Shown here: piece by piece, positions 61,818 through 64,000 of the stretch
Layout of the letters: the number at the start of each line of letters is the position of its first letter
Position numbering within the stretch: the stretch's first letter is position 1
Virus record (IMG/VR): IMGVR_UViG_3300045125_000130
Strand: one strand, 5' to 3'
DNA: 64,000 bases
Origin: an uncultured virus (IMG/VR IMGVR_UViG_3300045125_000130)
Lineage: Duplodnaviria > Heunggongvirae > Uroviricota > Caudoviricetes
Notes under the pieces: model-generated
Database searches by the model: none
What the model was told of the DNA's origin: nothing
What the model saw: the letters and a program-made list of their open reading frames with translations, nothing else
Position numbers and translations under genes: made by a program

Positions 61818-62261
61818 TCAGCCAGCAGCCAGGAAATGACCACGTGCATTATCCCGAAGGCGATTAAAATTATCGGGAAACACTCTACGAAAAAGATTAA
61901 CGCTCCATACGCACGCCTTATGCTCGCTTGATCCCTTGAGAACATGACCCCACTCGTGTAGAAAAGTTAGAACCGAAAGCTTACCGTGAAGCGTGATAGT
62001 CTTATTGAGAGGATCAAAGTTAGAACGCCCGCTGCCCTCATTCAGTAGGACGCTGGGATCAAACTTCAATTCAATATCCAAACGATAAATCCGGCAAAGC
62101 TCAATATGAAGCCACCCAAACTTATCCATGCGACTGATAAGATCCCCCTTCCAGGGGTAGAAACGCTTGAAGCGGTTTAGAGCCTCTAGCGTTTCACTCT
62201 TATACTTTACATCACGGATAACCTCGTCCAGCGAAGCGGGATAATCAGCGAGGCTTGACAT
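61818..62261 (-). CDS. Zincin-like metallopeptidase domain protein
   Basis: TFLHEWGH (HExxH) followed by SEHKA. Confidence 0.7.
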   Translation of the reverse strand: MSSLADYPASLDEVIRDVKYKSETLEALNRFKRFYPWKGDLISRMDKFGWLHIELCRIYRLDIELKFDPSVLLNEGSGRSNFDPLNKTITLHGKLSVLTFLHEWGHVLKGSSEHKACVWSVNLFRRVFPDNFNRLRDNARGHFLAAG

Positions 62262-62315
62262 AATCTAAAACCGCTCCGGATCCGAGAAAGAAAAACAGGA
62301 TAAGGAACAAACCCA

Positions 62316-62789
62316 TATCAATCGCCGCTATCAATCTCAAACTTCGCACCGCAATCATTGCACTCATAACGATTGTAGCAGCGCCCGAGGTTAGCAATAT
62401 GCCGATAGCTATTGTGCGCGGCACCGATTAAGCACATCACGACGGAACGTGTCGAGAGTATCAAGCGCCGAAGCGATCTCCTCCGGAGCGGTGACGGTGA
62501 CAGACTTAGACGGCGGGCTCATACCGGGGCCGCTAATCTGCACACTAAGACGGAGCCCACCAAAACGGTTAACACCGCCGGATGCCGCATACACCGGATA
62601 ACAACTAAACTGCCACTCCGGAACATAATACGGTCGGGCAACCTCGGCAGCATAGAACGGGGTAAAGGTCTTATCATTCCAGGGCTGCGGAGCAGGGCAC
62701 GGCAAAGCAACATCGCCACGCAGGCGAAGCGTAGCAAAGGTGTCGGTGAGGGCGTCAGCGTACTGCTCAATGTTTTCGATCTTGTTCAT
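62316..62789 (-). CDS. GC-rich hypothetical protein with C-terminal Cys/His (Zn-finger-like) tail
   Basis: MNKIENIEQY.... After one indel it continues C.HNSYRHIANLGRCYNRYECNDCGAKFEIDSGD*; leaderless promoter TTGAAA-N17-TAATAT-N7-ATG at 62797-62825. Confidence 0.6.
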
Positions 62790-62830
62790 GCTTAATATAT
62801 TAGCATAAGAAAAGATGATTTTCAAGTAAT

Positions 62831-62855
62831 AAAAAAGCCCTATAAAATAGGGCTT
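62831..62855 (-). terminator. Intrinsic terminator after tmRNA
   Basis: AAGCCCTAT/ATAGGGCTT stem followed by a T-run. Confidence 0.8.
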
Positions 62856-62858
62856 AAA

Positions 62859-63224
62859 TGGAGATATCGGGAGTCGAACCCGAGGTCCAGAAGAGATCCA
62901 AATGATTTGTTGTCACATAGCGTAGCCCTTTTATAAATTACCCATCATAAGCTTAACCAAAGAGCGGGTTGTATATGATATGGCTTCAAAGTTTAAACCT
63001 TGGCAGTAGAAGCTATCCCTACAAGGTCGAGTTTGTTTAATAACAATCTAATAGATCCTCAAACGGCGTATCTATTAAACCGCTTGCTGTCAAGCAGCAA
63101 GAGCGTAAGAGCTATAAGAACTATCGTTTGCACTTACTTTTGTTTACGGTTTTTGAGCGGTCATAAACGCCCGCTGCTATGCAAATCAATTATCACTTCC
63201 CCTGTCGAAACCAATATTATCCCC
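62859..63224 (-). ncRNA. ssrA: tmRNA, tag peptide ANDSSYSSYALAA*
   Basis: 5' GGGGATAATATTGGTTTCGACAGG, 3' GGACCTCGGGTTCGACTCCCGATATCTCCA with G3:U pair; resume codon GCA after AAGT; tag ORF at 63090-63131. Confidence 0.95.
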
Positions 63225-63591
63225 TTTTCTTTTCTATATACGGAAAGATGCTATAAGTAGTTCCATGTTTCTTAAAGACCCATGTACCTAAAACTGTTCC
63301 ATAAACTACCGATTTAGATTTCAATACAGCCGCAAGACCACTTTGGTTCATCCAGTATCTTGCTCCTGTTTGGGTATCTTCCCAAAGTATCTTACCACCG
63401 TAATACATATTGATAAACTTTAAATTGGCATCAAATATTTCATTTTCACGCCACTCATATTTCTGCTCCCAATTTGGTTTTCGCATTTCATATAAAGTAA
63501 TTTGATGTGGAACACTACCTGCTGGAAGATTGTTAATCTTATCGGCTTCCTTTATAAATGGTATTTTGTAATCTACTTTTTTACGAGGCAT
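63217..63591 (-). CDS. Hypothetical protein
   Basis: Intact 124-aa ORF whose stop overlaps the tmRNA 5' end; TACTTA upstream. Confidence 0.7.
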   Translation of the reverse strand: MPRKKVDYKIPFIKEADKINNLPAGSVPHQITLYEMRKPNWEQKYEWRENEIFDANLKFINMYYGGKILWEDTQTGARYWMNQSGLAAVLKSKSVVYGTVLGTWVFKKHGTTYSIFPYIEKKRG

Positions 63592-63619
63592 ATACTTCTT
63601 ACCTACGTATAAGTAGTGT

Positions 63620-64000
63620 TTATTCTAGAAGGCTAATCTTCGGCAAAGAAATAGTAAAACGTTTCCATACCCATCTTCTCCACTTACGAAGAACACGTCT
63701 TAACCACCATAGGGGTCTACGTTCATATCCATCCTTCTTTTCATGGCATGGAACACAAAGAGGCTGTGCATTGTCTGCTGTATTCGTGCCACCCTGATTT
63801 ATTGGAATAATATGATCCAAGGTAAGCTTATGCCTACCTTTAACGTTACAAACAGCACAACCCCACTCGGAAGCTTCTAATACCATCAACCATTGACGGG
63901 TAGAAATACGACCGGAGGGCTTCTCTTATTTCTTTTGGAGCGATTATTGGAACGCAATCTTAATCTCTCGGCGTTCCAACATTCCCAACATATATGTTCA
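63620..64000 (-). CDS. HNH endonuclease (5' part outside the window)
   Basis: CAVC...LTLDHIIPINQGGTNTADNAQPLCVPCHEKK. Confidence 0.88.

Noticed and set aside
1..64000. Stop-codon reassignment (alternative genetic code), as seen in some jumbo phages
   Set aside because: Interruptions are frameshifts rather than one recurring in-frame stop. Intact genes end in TAA, TGA and TAG, and no suppressor tRNA was seen. The single in-frame TAA in the gp14-like gene (~26391) is probably a miscall.
1..64000. CRISPR array, integrase, transposase or rRNA
   Set aside because: No regularly spaced direct repeats or recognisable motifs were seen by eye.

Overview
A 64-kb piece of a large (jumbo-type) T4-like myovirus genome, with most genes on the minus strand. 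The sequence looks like an unpolished long read: indel errors break nearly every gene left of about 57 kb, so CDS bounds below were rebuilt by eye across frameshifts and are approximate. About 1-41.5 kb is a virion module: baseplate, tape measure, tail chaperone, tube, two tandem ~1000-aa tail sheaths, neck/head-completion genes, major capsid, scaffold, prohead protease and portal, with a family-A DNA polymerase at the left edge. About 41.5-64 kb is a host-takeover region: GroEL, a Dps-like protein, TrmH, IF-1, GGCT plus amidoligase, PurA, isocitrate lyase, LysRS, five tRNAs, tmRNA and an HNH nuclease. The most striking unexplained locus is 56.98-57.63 kb. There a promoter drives tRNA-Ala, then an rRNA-type boxA, then a ~320-nt ORF-free, multi-hairpin RNA with several loop-to-tail complementarities, followed by a tRNA-Asn whose anticodon is split by a 48-nt structured insertion. 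Other notable patterns are two promoter classes (sigma70-like and TANTTA) that both sit 5-8 nt before ATG (leaderless genes), a shared N-terminal L(L/I)KEY-type motif on many late proteins, and a candidate programmed frameshift in the tail chaperone. No database searches were run; family assignments come from motif recognition only.
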